This document shows positions 37,957 to 47,223 of a stretch of DNA of 64,000 nt, piece by piece. The DNA comes from Candidatus Daviesbacteria bacterium (lineage in GTDB: Bacteria; Patescibacteriota; Microgenomatia; Daviesbacterales; UBA10151), in contig JACPDA010000004.1 in the NCBI GenBank assembly GCA_016184225.1, forward strand, positions 602,763-666,762, written 5' to 3'. Below the pieces are notes generated by a model. The model saw nothing but the letters and a program-made list of their open reading frames with translations, was not told the origin of the DNA and did not search any database. A program made the translations under genes and the position numbers. The stretch's first letter is position 1. Each line of letters starts with the position of its first letter.

Positions 37957-39243
37957 ATGTCCAAAATCGTAACCCAAAAATTATCAGGTAAGTTACTCGT
38001 CCTGGTAATAGTTTTTGCCATCGGTTTAGGTCTTGGCCGGGAATATTCCACTAGAAATTCCGCTATACAACAAACTGAAAAAGATACCCCCAAAGTTTTT
38101 GTCTCGGAAATCTATGACAAAATTAAGGAGAATTATTGGAACAATATCTCGGACGGCGAGCTGCTGGACCTTTTTAAAATATCCATGGATAAAAATGGAG
38201 GCAATGTTGCTGTGGCAAAATTTGAAAATAAGGATAAATTCCTGGCAGCTGTGGATAAAATAACAGCAGGCATGAACGAGGAGCAAAAAAATAGATTCAT
38301 TATCACTGTTGCCGGTTCTGTTATAAGCTCTTTGGCTCCTGCCGGAAGATCCGGGTTATATACCCAAAAACAAGAAGAGCAGCTTAAAAATACCGTTTCG
38401 AACATTAATCCGGAGAAGGATTTATACAAGGATCTGGGACTTGCCAAAGGAGCCTCCGGCGCTGCTGTTGCCGAAGCTTATCAAAAGAAAGCGGCGGAAC
38501 TGTCCTTAGATAAATCACCTGAGGCAAAAGAAAAACTTAAAACGATCACTTATGCAAAAGATACGCTAACCCAAAAGGATACCAAGGAGAGATATGATAC
38601 AAACCAGGTTGAGCCTACCCTTTTTAACAAAGTTATAGCACCCGGGATTTTGTATGTCCAGTTTAAGAAATTCTCTCCCACCTCTTTAGATGAATTCCAA
38701 AAGGCCTTCGAGTCCTACAAGGATAATCCGGGTTTAAATGCTTTAATTTTTGACCTGAGGGGTAATATCGGCGGCGCCATAGATGCCACAGCATACTTTT
38801 TGGGTTTTTTCTTAGGTAAGGGTCAATATGCCTTTGATTTCTACCACAAGGGGGAATACCTACCGTTTAAAACAGCCACTGACAAGCTACCCAGCCTGAC
38901 CAAATATAAACAAGTGGTGGTATTGGTAGACCAGAATTCCCAATCCTCTGCCGAGATGATGGCGGCTGCCTTAAAAAAATACCATGTAGGTGTAGTTGTG
39001 GGTGTTCCCACTAAAGGCTGGGGGACAGTGGAACGGGTTTTTCCCCTTGTAACCCAAATCAGTAAGAAGGAAAAATATTCCATATTTTTGGTCCATTCCA
39101 TAACTTTGCGGGATGATAACTTACCCATTGAAGGCAGGGGAGTGGATCCGGATGTTAAAATTACAGACTCAAATTGGACTACTCAACTACTCTTGTATTT
39201 CAATAACCCAACTTTAGTCGAAACCGTCAAATCAGTACTGTAA
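37957..39243 (+). CDS. S41-family peptidase with J-domain-like insert
   Basis: DLRGNIGG, SQSSAEM and IEGRGVDPD motifs; N-terminal TM. Confidence 0.8.
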   Translation: MSKIVTQKLSGKLLVLVIVFAIGLGLGREYSTRNSAIQQTEKDTPKVFVSEIYDKIKENYWNNISDGELLDLFKISMDKNGGNVAVAKFENKDKFLAAVDKITAGMNEEQKNRFIITVAGSVISSLAPAGRSGLYTQKQEEQLKNTVSNINPEKDLYKDLGLAKGASGAAVAEAYQKKAAELSLDKSPEAKEKLKTITYAKDTLTQKDTKERYDTNQVEPTLFNKVIAPGILYVQFKKFSPTSLDEFQKAFESYKDNPGLNALIFDLRGNIGGAIDATAYFLGFFLGKGQYAFDFYHKGEYLPFKTATDKLPSLTKYKQVVVLVDQNSQSSAEMMAAALKKYHVGVVVGVPTKGWGTVERVFPLVTQISKKEKYSIFLVHSITLRDDNLPIEGRGVDPDVKITDSNWTTQLLLYFNNPTLVETVKSVL

Positions 39244-39264
39244 AAAGGGGTATAATTAGCACCT

Positions 39265-40413
39265 ATGTCTCTAAAGTTAGCCGGTGTTATCCTAGGAATT
39301 ATTGTTTTAATCGGGGCAGCGCTTACCCTTTCCGGCAGGTTTAATCCTCAAAATCCCTCTGAAAACGGGACGGTTTGCACACAGGATGTCGAGCTTTGCC
39401 CGGATGGATCATATGTCGGAAGAGTTCCCCCTGATTGTAAATTTGCACAGTGCCCCAAAGAAAACAATTCTGCCCGCTTTTCCGTAGTAGCGGAAAATCT
39501 GGAAATTCCCTGGGCTTTGGCTTTCCTGCCGGACGACAGGATGCTGGTGACTGAAAGACCGGGCAGGGTCCGAATGGTTGACCAAAATGGAAACATTACA
39601 CTAATTGCAACCATTACCTCTGTAAAACACATCGGTGAGGGTGGGCTTTTGGGAATAGCTGTTCATCCGGATTTTGAGAAAAATAGATTTATCTACCTTT
39701 ACTATACATTTTCCGGCAGCGGAGATAACAGTTTAAACAGAGTGGCGAGGTATAAAATGGAAAACGATCAGTTGGTTCGGGAGCAGATTATTGTCAACAA
39801 CATTCCCGGTGCTTCAAACCATAACGGAGGCAGAATAAAATTCGGGCCGGACAGACTGTTGTATATTACTACCGGAGATGCAGGGAACCCTTCCCAGGCT
39901 CAGGATAAAAATTCTTTGGCAGGGAAAATTTTAAGGGTCACGCATGAAGGGAAGGTGGAGGTTTACTCATACGGGCATAGAAACCCTCAGGGTTTGGCTT
40001 GGGATAGTTCTGGCAGACTTTGGGCCACTGAGCATGGGCCGTCGACTAAAGATGAACTTAATGCAATTGAGATAGGAAAAAATTATGGCTGGCCAACTAT
40101 TCAGGGAGATGAAAAAAGAGATGGTTTAGAAACTCCGGTGATAAATTCCGGCTCCGGTACCTGGGCTCCGGCAGGGGCAGCGTTTTTGAATGGAAAAATC
40201 TATTTTGGGGCCTTAAGGGGTGAGGTACTTTTTCAATATGACATCTCCACGGGAACTCTGAAAGAACAATTTAAAGGACAGTTTGGAAGAATTCGTGACG
40301 TAGTTTTGGGCCCGGATAATTTCCTCTATATTACCACCAGCAACCGTGACGGCAGGGGAGCGGTTCAGGCGGGAGACGATAAAATCATCAGAATCGATCC
40401 TCAAAAAATATGA
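39265..40413 (+). CDS. PQQ-dependent sugar dehydrogenase (GSDH family)
   Basis: PWALAFLPD, GEGGLLG, HNGGRI, YGHRNPQG and GRIRDV motifs; N-terminal CTQD..CPDGS Cys motif. Confidence 0.92.
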   Translation: MSLKLAGVILGIIVLIGAALTLSGRFNPQNPSENGTVCTQDVELCPDGSYVGRVPPDCKFAQCPKENNSARFSVVAENLEIPWALAFLPDDRMLVTERPGRVRMVDQNGNITLIATITSVKHIGEGGLLGIAVHPDFEKNRFIYLYYTFSGSGDNSLNRVARYKMENDQLVREQIIVNNIPGASNHNGGRIKFGPDRLLYITTGDAGNPSQAQDKNSLAGKILRVTHEGKVEVYSYGHRNPQGLAWDSSGRLWATEHGPSTKDELNAIEIGKNYGWPTIQGDEKRDGLETPVINSGSGTWAPAGAAFLNGKIYFGALRGEVLFQYDISTGTLKEQFKGQFGRIRDVVLGPDNFLYITTSNRDGRGAVQAGDDKIIRIDPQKI

Positions 40414-41453
40414 CTTTCAGCAAAAAGCTAATCATTGGTTCAGTGATATTTTTAGCTTTAGTGGTTTTGGGGATAGTGTTTGTCAGAACTTCTGGTAATA
40501 GCCCCTCTCTGGCAAACCCTGGGAATGTTGATAAATCGCCACAGCAAACGGAAACTCATCCCCTGCAAATTGCTGAGATGAGGAAAAAGGAATATCCGGG
40601 CAGTGAAATCACTATTGAAAAGGAGCTTGGATTCGGGAGTAACTACAAACAATACCTTGCATCGTATAGATCCGAGGGTTTAAAAGTTTATGCGCTTTTG
40701 ACTGTACCCCAGGAGGACCTGCCGAGTGGCGGGTGGCCGGTGATTATATTTAACCATGGTTATATCCCCCCGGCGCAGTATTCAACAACAGGGCGGTACA
40801 ATGCGTACACCGATGCTTTTTCCCGAAACGGTTATATTGTTTTTAAGCCGGACTACCGTGGGCATGGGGATTCGGAAGGCAATCCCGAAGGGGCATATTA
40901 TTCAACTGCTTACACCACAGATGTACTAAATGCAGTTGCCTCTGTCAAAAAATACCCCAGTGTAAATCCGGACAAGATCGGCATGTGGGGACACTCAATG
41001 GGAGGAAGTATCACTTTGCGTTCGATGGTAGTGACCAAGGATATTAAAGCCGGGGTGATTTGGGCCGGGGTGGTAGCATCATACGAGGATATGATAAAAA
41101 ACTGGAGAAGAGCCAGACCATTTATGCTATCCGAAAGCGAACGGGCTTTCAGAAGGCCTGGCAGGCAGGCGCTAATTGATACGTACGGAGACCCTGACAA
41201 AAATCCGCAATTTTGGCAGTCAATTTCACCGATTGCTTTTGTTAAAGATATTTCCGGACCCTTACAACTTCACCACGGGACTTCGGATCAGGAGGTGCCA
41301 TTACTTTTTAGTGAAAGGTTAAATGAGGCTGTGAAAGCTGCAGGGCAAAGTGTGGAGTTTTTTACTTACGAAGGTGATGACCATAACCTGTCCGGAAATT
41401 TATCTTTAGCCTTAAACCGCTCAGTGGAATTTTTTGATAAATATCTCAAATAG
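40410..41453 (+). CDS. S9/prolyl oligopeptidase-like alpha/beta hydrolase
   Basis: DYRGHG, GHSMGG, HGTSD and DDH catalytic-triad motifs. Confidence 0.88.
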   Translation: MTFSKKLIIGSVIFLALVVLGIVFVRTSGNSPSLANPGNVDKSPQQTETHPLQIAEMRKKEYPGSEITIEKELGFGSNYKQYLASYRSEGLKVYALLTVPQEDLPSGGWPVIIFNHGYIPPAQYSTTGRYNAYTDAFSRNGYIVFKPDYRGHGDSEGNPEGAYYSTAYTTDVLNAVASVKKYPSVNPDKIGMWGHSMGGSITLRSMVVTKDIKAGVIWAGVVASYEDMIKNWRRARPFMLSESERAFRRPGRQALIDTYGDPDKNPQFWQSISPIAFVKDISGPLQLHHGTSDQEVPLLFSERLNEAVKAAGQSVEFFTYEGDDHNLSGNLSLALNRSVEFFDKYLK

Positions 41454-41491
41454 GAATAGCTAATTTATACTATCCGTAGTATATTATTTCC

Positions 41492-43156
41492 GTGAGAAAG
41501 ACTACATTAATCCTAGGCTTAATTATTTTAATTTCCGCTTTTCTTCGCTTTTATCAGATTGACAAAAATCCCCGGGCCATGTACGGAGACAGCTTAACCG
41601 GAGTTTATGATGCATATTCAATCCTAAAAACCGGCCATGACCAAAAAGGAAATTTCCTGCCTCTGGTTTTTTCGCTGGGTGGAGGCAGGCCAGGGGGTTA
41701 TATCTATGCCAGCGCCCCTTTCGTGGCCATATTTGGCCCCAATGCCCTGGCATCCCGAATGGTTTCAGTGTTATCCGGCATAGGCATAGTCATTCTGCTT
41801 TACCTACTGGGCAAGAAGCTGCTTTCCGAAAAGGCTGGCCTGGCCATAGCTGGAGTAGCTGCCATAAACCCCTGGGAGCTTAGTTTAAGCAGGGGGCCAT
41901 TTGAAAGTCATTTTGCTTTATTTTTAACCTTACTGGGAGTATATTCCTTTTCCCGGGGTTTCAAAAACAATTTTTGGTTTATCCTGTTCGGTCTGTCTTT
42001 TGGACTGGCTTCCCAAACATATTCAACATACCGGCTGACAATCCCGTTACTGACTGCCTTATTGTTATTTTTTTATCTTCCCACATCCGATGTGGGAACA
42101 CGTTTTAAGGTTATGAATTACCTGAAAAAACCTGTCCTTTTTGTCTCTATAATTTTTATACTGGTTTCTACGCTTTTAAGCGTTTACTCAACAGTCAGCC
42201 GGGGGAGCGAGGACAGGTTCGGTATTATTAATATCTTCCAGAACCAGGATATCCGCACTGCCATTTCCCAAAAAATAAGGAATGAAAGATCGCTTGACAG
42301 TCTGCCCCCGGCTATTTCAAACCCTCTCCATACCCCTCATCTGGAACTGGCTGGTATTGTGGCTCTAAATTACATTCAAAATTTCCTGCCGGACTTTCTG
42401 TTTTTGCATGGAGACGGCCAGGTCAGACACAACCCGGCTGAGATGGGAGGATTTTTCTGGGTAGATATCCTCTTTTTAATCATCGGGTTGGTTTACCTAT
42501 ATAAATCAGATAAAAAATTGTTGGCATATCTTTTCGGATGGATTCTTATTGCCCCCAGTGCTACCGGCCTGGTGGGCGGGCCGCACGCTTTAAGAAGCTC
42601 ACTGCTTCTGCCTCCGCTTTTGATCTTAACAGGCATCGGCCTCTCTAGATTATTAAGTATTAAAAACAAGTTCTCCCCGGTAATCATTGCATTACTGGCT
42701 ACTTTATTTTTAATCCAGTTTGTTTATCTTGTGGACAGGTTTTACTTTGTGGCCCCCCAAAAAAATGCCCGCTTTTGGTCTTATCCGGCAAAAGAGGCAG
42801 TAACTTTAGCTTTAAAAAACCAGCAAAAATTTGATTACATAATCTTATCCAATGACATAGATAATATGGAGTTTGCATATCCGGCTTATGCAAAATTGGA
42901 CCCGATCCTGGTCATCAGGCAAAACCAACATCCTGCCACATTAGGGGAGTTTAAATTCTTTAAGTATGATAATGTTTATATCGGCTCACTCCCTAATACC
43001 CGGGTAGCAGAGTTTATTAAGAATCTGCCGGGTTCGGTTTTGTATATCGGCTCTGACAAAGAACAGCAATTTTTAGAAAATTACAGTCTCATCAGGGGTT
43101 TTGATACCTTACCGGATTTGGTAGTTACGGCCACCAAGGTCGAGCCGGAACTATAG
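41492..43156 (+). CDS. ArnT/PMT-like (GT-C) glycosyltransferase
   Basis: FLRFY, YDAYSILKTGHD and FLFLHGD motifs; multi-TM. Confidence 0.85.
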   Translation: MRKTTLILGLIILISAFLRFYQIDKNPRAMYGDSLTGVYDAYSILKTGHDQKGNFLPLVFSLGGGRPGGYIYASAPFVAIFGPNALASRMVSVLSGIGIVILLYLLGKKLLSEKAGLAIAGVAAINPWELSLSRGPFESHFALFLTLLGVYSFSRGFKNNFWFILFGLSFGLASQTYSTYRLTIPLLTALLLFFYLPTSDVGTRFKVMNYLKKPVLFVSIIFILVSTLLSVYSTVSRGSEDRFGIINIFQNQDIRTAISQKIRNERSLDSLPPAISNPLHTPHLELAGIVALNYIQNFLPDFLFLHGDGQVRHNPAEMGGFFWVDILFLIIGLVYLYKSDKKLLAYLFGWILIAPSATGLVGGPHALRSSLLLPPLLILTGIGLSRLLSIKNKFSPVIIALLATLFLIQFVYLVDRFYFVAPQKNARFWSYPAKEAVTLALKNQQKFDYIILSNDIDNMEFAYPAYAKLDPILVIRQNQHPATLGEFKFFKYDNVYIGSLPNTRVAEFIKNLPGSVLYIGSDKEQQFLENYSLIRGFDTLPDLVVTATKVEPEL

Positions 43157-43243
43157 TAGAATTCTTATCCCGTGAAGTCTTAATTTAGGTTTACACCCGG
43201 AGGGTGGTATAGCTTTACACCTGTTCTTTCATTCATTAAAATA

Positions 43244-43915
43244 TCATTCAAAAGTTAGATGCTTGATAGCTTCCAACTGTTTCCCATAGTCTATTTGATT
43301 ATTAACAAATTCCTGATAGGCTTTTATTGTTTTGAACATGCTCAAAATTAAATCTGTCTGCGATATTTCCAGGTTGGATAAAGATAAATATTCCGGATAG
43401 GATGACCACTGATAACTCTCCAGCTTATCATCCGGTATCACACCGGAAGCCACCGGGTTTAGGTGGATGTACCTGGAGACATGAACCAGCTGCTCATCAC
43501 TTTCAATATGAACCGCCTTAAAAACACCCTCAAATAAGGGCCCTGTTCTTTCATATTTGGTATTAAAATATTTAGTATAAGCGTTTGTAATATTGGAGAT
43601 AAAAGAGGAGATCCCTTTATCTGTGTTTTGTTTAAGCATAAAATGGAAATGGTTGGGCATCAGGCAGTAACTTAGGATATCTACCGCTCTTTCACTCTTA
43701 TAAAGAGCAGCCAGTAACTTCTCTCTGATCTCTTCAGGTTGCTGGATAACCTGGGAAAACCTGACCGGGATATCCTTGTGCCTATAGAATTTGACCAGCT
43801 TCTGCATCCTTTCAAATTCTCTTTTTTCCGTAAATGTAGTCCTTCTTTCTATTCCTCTATTAAATATATGATAGATCTCGCCCTCTCGAAACACCAACTT
43901 TCTAAGTGTGGCCAT
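43244..43915 (-). mobile_element. second RAYT-like Y1 transposase
   Basis: YHIFNRG, YCLMPNHFHF, YIHLNP and YQWSSY motifs; REP-like hairpins on both sides. Confidence 0.9.
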
Positions 43916-44089
43916 AAATATATCTTAAACATAATAGAGAAAGGGTGTCAACCTAAAACACCCGGAGGGTGTATGGGTGGGTGTATGGGTAATAGTAATA
44001 ATTCAGAAAACAGCATTTACAATTCAGGCTTTTTAGCTAAAATTAATAAGGACTGGAAAAAGGGGGAAGTCTATGATAAGTTAGGATGC

Positions 44090-44293
44090 ATGAAACGAGC
44101 TGTTTACCTCGGATTTTTAATTCTTTTATTTCCCAAACCGGCACATGCTTATCTTGATCCCGGAACTGGCAGCTATCTTCTGCAGATTTTAGCGGCCGGC
44201 CTGCTATCCTCTCTTTTTTTCTTTAGGAACAGGGGGAGAAGACTAAAAAACTTAATTCTAAAAATATTCGGAAAGGACAAAAAGGAATCTTGA
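44090..44293 (+). CDS. small membrane peptide with AYLDPGTGS motif
   Basis: 67 aa: signal-like segment, AHAYLDPGTGS, TM, basic tail. Confidence 0.75.
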   Translation: MKRAVYLGFLILLFPKPAHAYLDPGTGSYLLQILAAGLLSSLFFFRNRGRRLKNLILKIFGKDKKES

Positions 44294-45666
44294 CAAAGCC
44301 TCTTGACTCATCTTTCCGTGACCCCAGCGGATATATTTTTACCCAAGGTGAGACTATCTTCCGCCAAATTAACAAAAGCTACCAACAAAATTATGACCTG
44401 CTGATGAAATCCGGCCTCTACGGCAAGCTTGTTTCTCTGGGTTACCTGATAGAACACCGGGAAATACGTTCACCGGAAAATTCCCCGCCGGCATACAAAA
44501 TTATCCAACCTCAAAAAATCCCTTTTATCTCTTATCCATATGAGTGGTGTTTCAGTATGCTGAAAGATGCAGCAGTTCTTACTTTGACTATTCAGAAACT
44601 GGCTATGGAATATGGTTTAAGCTTAAAAGATGCCAGCGCATTTAATATCCAATTTTTGAAGGGAAAACCAATACTCATTGACACGCTGTCTTTTGAAAAA
44701 TATGCAGAAGGAAAACCCTGGATAGCTTACAGGCAATTTGTAGAGCATTTTCTAGGGCCTTTAGCTTTAATGTCTATGAAGGATATCCGGCTAAGCCGGC
44801 TGACCTCTTTATTTATTGACGGCATTCCGGTTGATTTGGCTTCCCGTTTATTACCGTTCCGTTCCAAGCTCAAACTTTCGTTATTGCTGCACATCCATGC
44901 CCACTCAACCGGGCAAAAAAAATTCTCCGAAAGAAAAATAACCGGGCAGGAGTTAAAAAGTTTTTCCAGAAGGTCTTTTCTGGGACTGATTGATAATCTG
45001 GAAAGCGGGGTAGCGGGATTATCCTGGAACCCCAAAGGCACCCAGTGGGCCGGCTATTACAAAGAAAACGGCCACAATTATACAGACTCCACCTTTAAGC
45101 AAAAAGCGGAGGTTATCAGAAAATTTGTCAAACTGACTGCGCCTAAAACTGTCTGGGATATGGGGGCAAATACCGGCTACTTTAGCAGGGTGGCAGGAGA
45201 GACCGGGGCCTTGGTAATAGCTTTGGATGCAGATTACGGCGCCCTGGAAAAAAATTACCTGGAAACAGTTAAAAATAATGAGAAAAATATCCTGCCTTTG
45301 TTTTTGGATCTTACAAATCCGACCCCTGCCATAGGCTGGGCAAATACTGAGCGGCTGTCGATTCTAAACAGGGGACCGGCTGATCTGATTTTAGCTTTAG
45401 CGCTGCTGCACCATCTGGCAATTTCCAAAAATATTCCCTTGAAAAACATCGCTTCACTGTTTTCTCAACTCACTAACCACTTGGTAATAGAATTCGTGCC
45501 CAAAGAAGATTCCCAGGTGAAAAGGCTGCTGTTAAACAGGGAGGATATTTTTCCGGATTATAATAAAGACGGGTTTGAAAAAGCATTTAAGGATTTTTTC
45601 CAAATCAAAAAAGCCATACCGCTGCGCCAGAGCCAAAGGATAATTTACCTAATGGAGAAGAGATAG
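44290..45666 (+). CDS. NoeA-like SAM-dependent methyltransferase with N-terminal kinase-like region
   Basis: SFRDPSG, SYPYEW, LKDASAFN, WDMGANTG and LALLHHL motifs. Confidence 0.8.
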   Translation: MTKPLDSSFRDPSGYIFTQGETIFRQINKSYQQNYDLLMKSGLYGKLVSLGYLIEHREIRSPENSPPAYKIIQPQKIPFISYPYEWCFSMLKDAAVLTLTIQKLAMEYGLSLKDASAFNIQFLKGKPILIDTLSFEKYAEGKPWIAYRQFVEHFLGPLALMSMKDIRLSRLTSLFIDGIPVDLASRLLPFRSKLKLSLLLHIHAHSTGQKKFSERKITGQELKSFSRRSFLGLIDNLESGVAGLSWNPKGTQWAGYYKENGHNYTDSTFKQKAEVIRKFVKLTAPKTVWDMGANTGYFSRVAGETGALVIALDADYGALEKNYLETVKNNEKNILPLFLDLTNPTPAIGWANTERLSILNRGPADLILALALLHHLAISKNIPLKNIASLFSQLTNHLVIEFVPKEDSQVKRLLLNREDIFPDYNKDGFEKAFKDFFQIKKAIPLRQSQRIIYLMEKR

Positions 45667-47223
45667 GTGAAAAAATATATATATTTGCACCCCTTTTTGT
45701 TTGCCGTCTATCCGGCCCTGTTTTTATATGCCCAAAACCAAAACCTCTTTCGGGAGAATGTCTTAGCCCTTCCTCTATTGCTGTCTTTGACTCTTACCGG
45801 AATCATCTATTCCTTAAGTCTTTTGATTCTCAAAGAAAAAAACATATCAGCTTTGATTTGCTTAGCTTTCATTTTTATTTTCTTCTCTTACAGCAGGATC
45901 AAGGAGTTTTTTAAGGAAATCCAACACCCTGACCAGGTTATCATTGCCGGTATTTTCCTGTTTTTAATAATCCTTATCTACTTCCTCCTCCGGTACAAAA
46001 ACCTATTAAAAACAATAAATAAAGCTCTGAGCTTCTTTTCCCTGATCCTTTTGAGCCTGGCTATCATCAGTATTGCCTCTTTTGAAGTTAAGTCAGGACG
46101 GATACTTTTAAGCCTGGGTAGTACGGGCAATAATCCGGAGACCTCACAATCCGCGCGCCGGACTCCTGATATCTATTACTTTGTCCTGGATCGGTATGCC
46201 GGTGAGAAAACTCTGAAACAGTATGGATTTGATAACAGTAGTTTTTATGAGTTTCTAGCGCGCAGTGGTTTCTATATAGCAACAGATTCTACCTCAAATT
46301 ATCCTAAAACTTTTCTCTCACTCGGCTCAACGCTGAATATGGAATACTTAAACTACCTGACGGAGAAAACCAACGGCGGCGGCACCTCGGATGAATCATT
46401 TGTCACGCCGCTGGTAGCGAATAATAAAATTATCAAGTTTTTAAAGAAAAAAGGCTATTCCTATATCCATGTCGGCTCAGGCTGGGATCCGACCCGGTCA
46501 AATAAAAACGCCGAAGTCAATTTTGTAATGACCGGCGGCAGGTACCTGTTTAAGGATGAATTTTTAAGCGGCTTTCTGCAGACTACCTTAGCTGCCCCGA
46601 TACTGAAAAAAATCTACCCTGACCCTACCGCTGTTTCACAAAACCCTAAAAATAACGACCACCGGAGCAGGGTTTTATACGAGTTTGAAGCGCTTAATCA
46701 AATTCCGGAAATACCAGGGCCAAAATTTGTTTTCGCCCATATCCTGGCACCCCATGACCCTTATGTTTTAGGGGAGTATTGCGAGGGCCTGTCTGAAAAA
46801 GTGGTCGCCAAAAGAGGATGGATTGAGAATTACCTAAACCAGCTGCGGTGCACTAATCAAAAAACTATGGCAGCCATTGAAAAAATTTTGGCCCATTCCA
46901 GGTCAAAACCCGTTATTATTATCCAAGCTGATGAGGGCCCAATGCCTATGAAATACCCTGTTCCGTTTGACCTGGCCTGGAAGAAAGCAAGCGATGACAC
47001 ATTAAGAGAAAAATTCCCCATACTTAATGCCTACCTGCTACCCGGCCTTAAGGATAACCCGGTATATCCGTCTATCACTCCTGTAAATTCCTTTAGGATA
47101 GTATTTAATGCTTACTTTGATACCAGCTACCTCTTACTGCCGGATAAAAATTATGTTTTTGAGGATAAGGATAGCTATTATAAATTTATTGATGTCACGG
47201 AAAGATTAAAGACCAGTCAATGA
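45667..47223 (+). CDS. membrane-anchored sulfatase/LTA-synthase-like protein
   Basis: 5 N-terminal TM; PDIYYFVLDRY, SNYPKT, PHDPY and IQADEG motifs. Confidence 0.8.
   Translation: MKKYIYLHPFLFAVYPALFLYAQNQNLFRENVLALPLLLSLTLTGIIYSLSLLILKEKNISALICLAFIFIFFSYSRIKEFFKEIQHPDQVIIAGIFLFLIILIYFLLRYKNLLKTINKALSFFSLILLSLAIISIASFEVKSGRILLSLGSTGNNPETSQSARRTPDIYYFVLDRYAGEKTLKQYGFDNSSFYEFLARSGFYIATDSTSNYPKTFLSLGSTLNMEYLNYLTEKTNGGGTSDESFVTPLVANNKIIKFLKKKGYSYIHVGSGWDPTRSNKNAEVNFVMTGGRYLFKDEFLSGFLQTTLAAPILKKIYPDPTAVSQNPKNNDHRSRVLYEFEALNQIPEIPGPKFVFAHILAPHDPYVLGEYCEGLSEKVVAKRGWIENYLNQLRCTNQKTMAAIEKILAHSRSKPVIIIQADEGPMPMKYPVPFDLAWKKASDDTLREKFPILNAYLLPGLKDNPVYPSITPVNSFRIVFNAYFDTSYLLLPDKNYVFEDKDSYYKFIDVTERLKTSQ

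Noticed and set aside
43739-44089. N-terminal 117 aa of the 184-aa ORF
   Set aside because: It overlaps RAYT2 antisense and REP repeats; the real gene starts at 44090.
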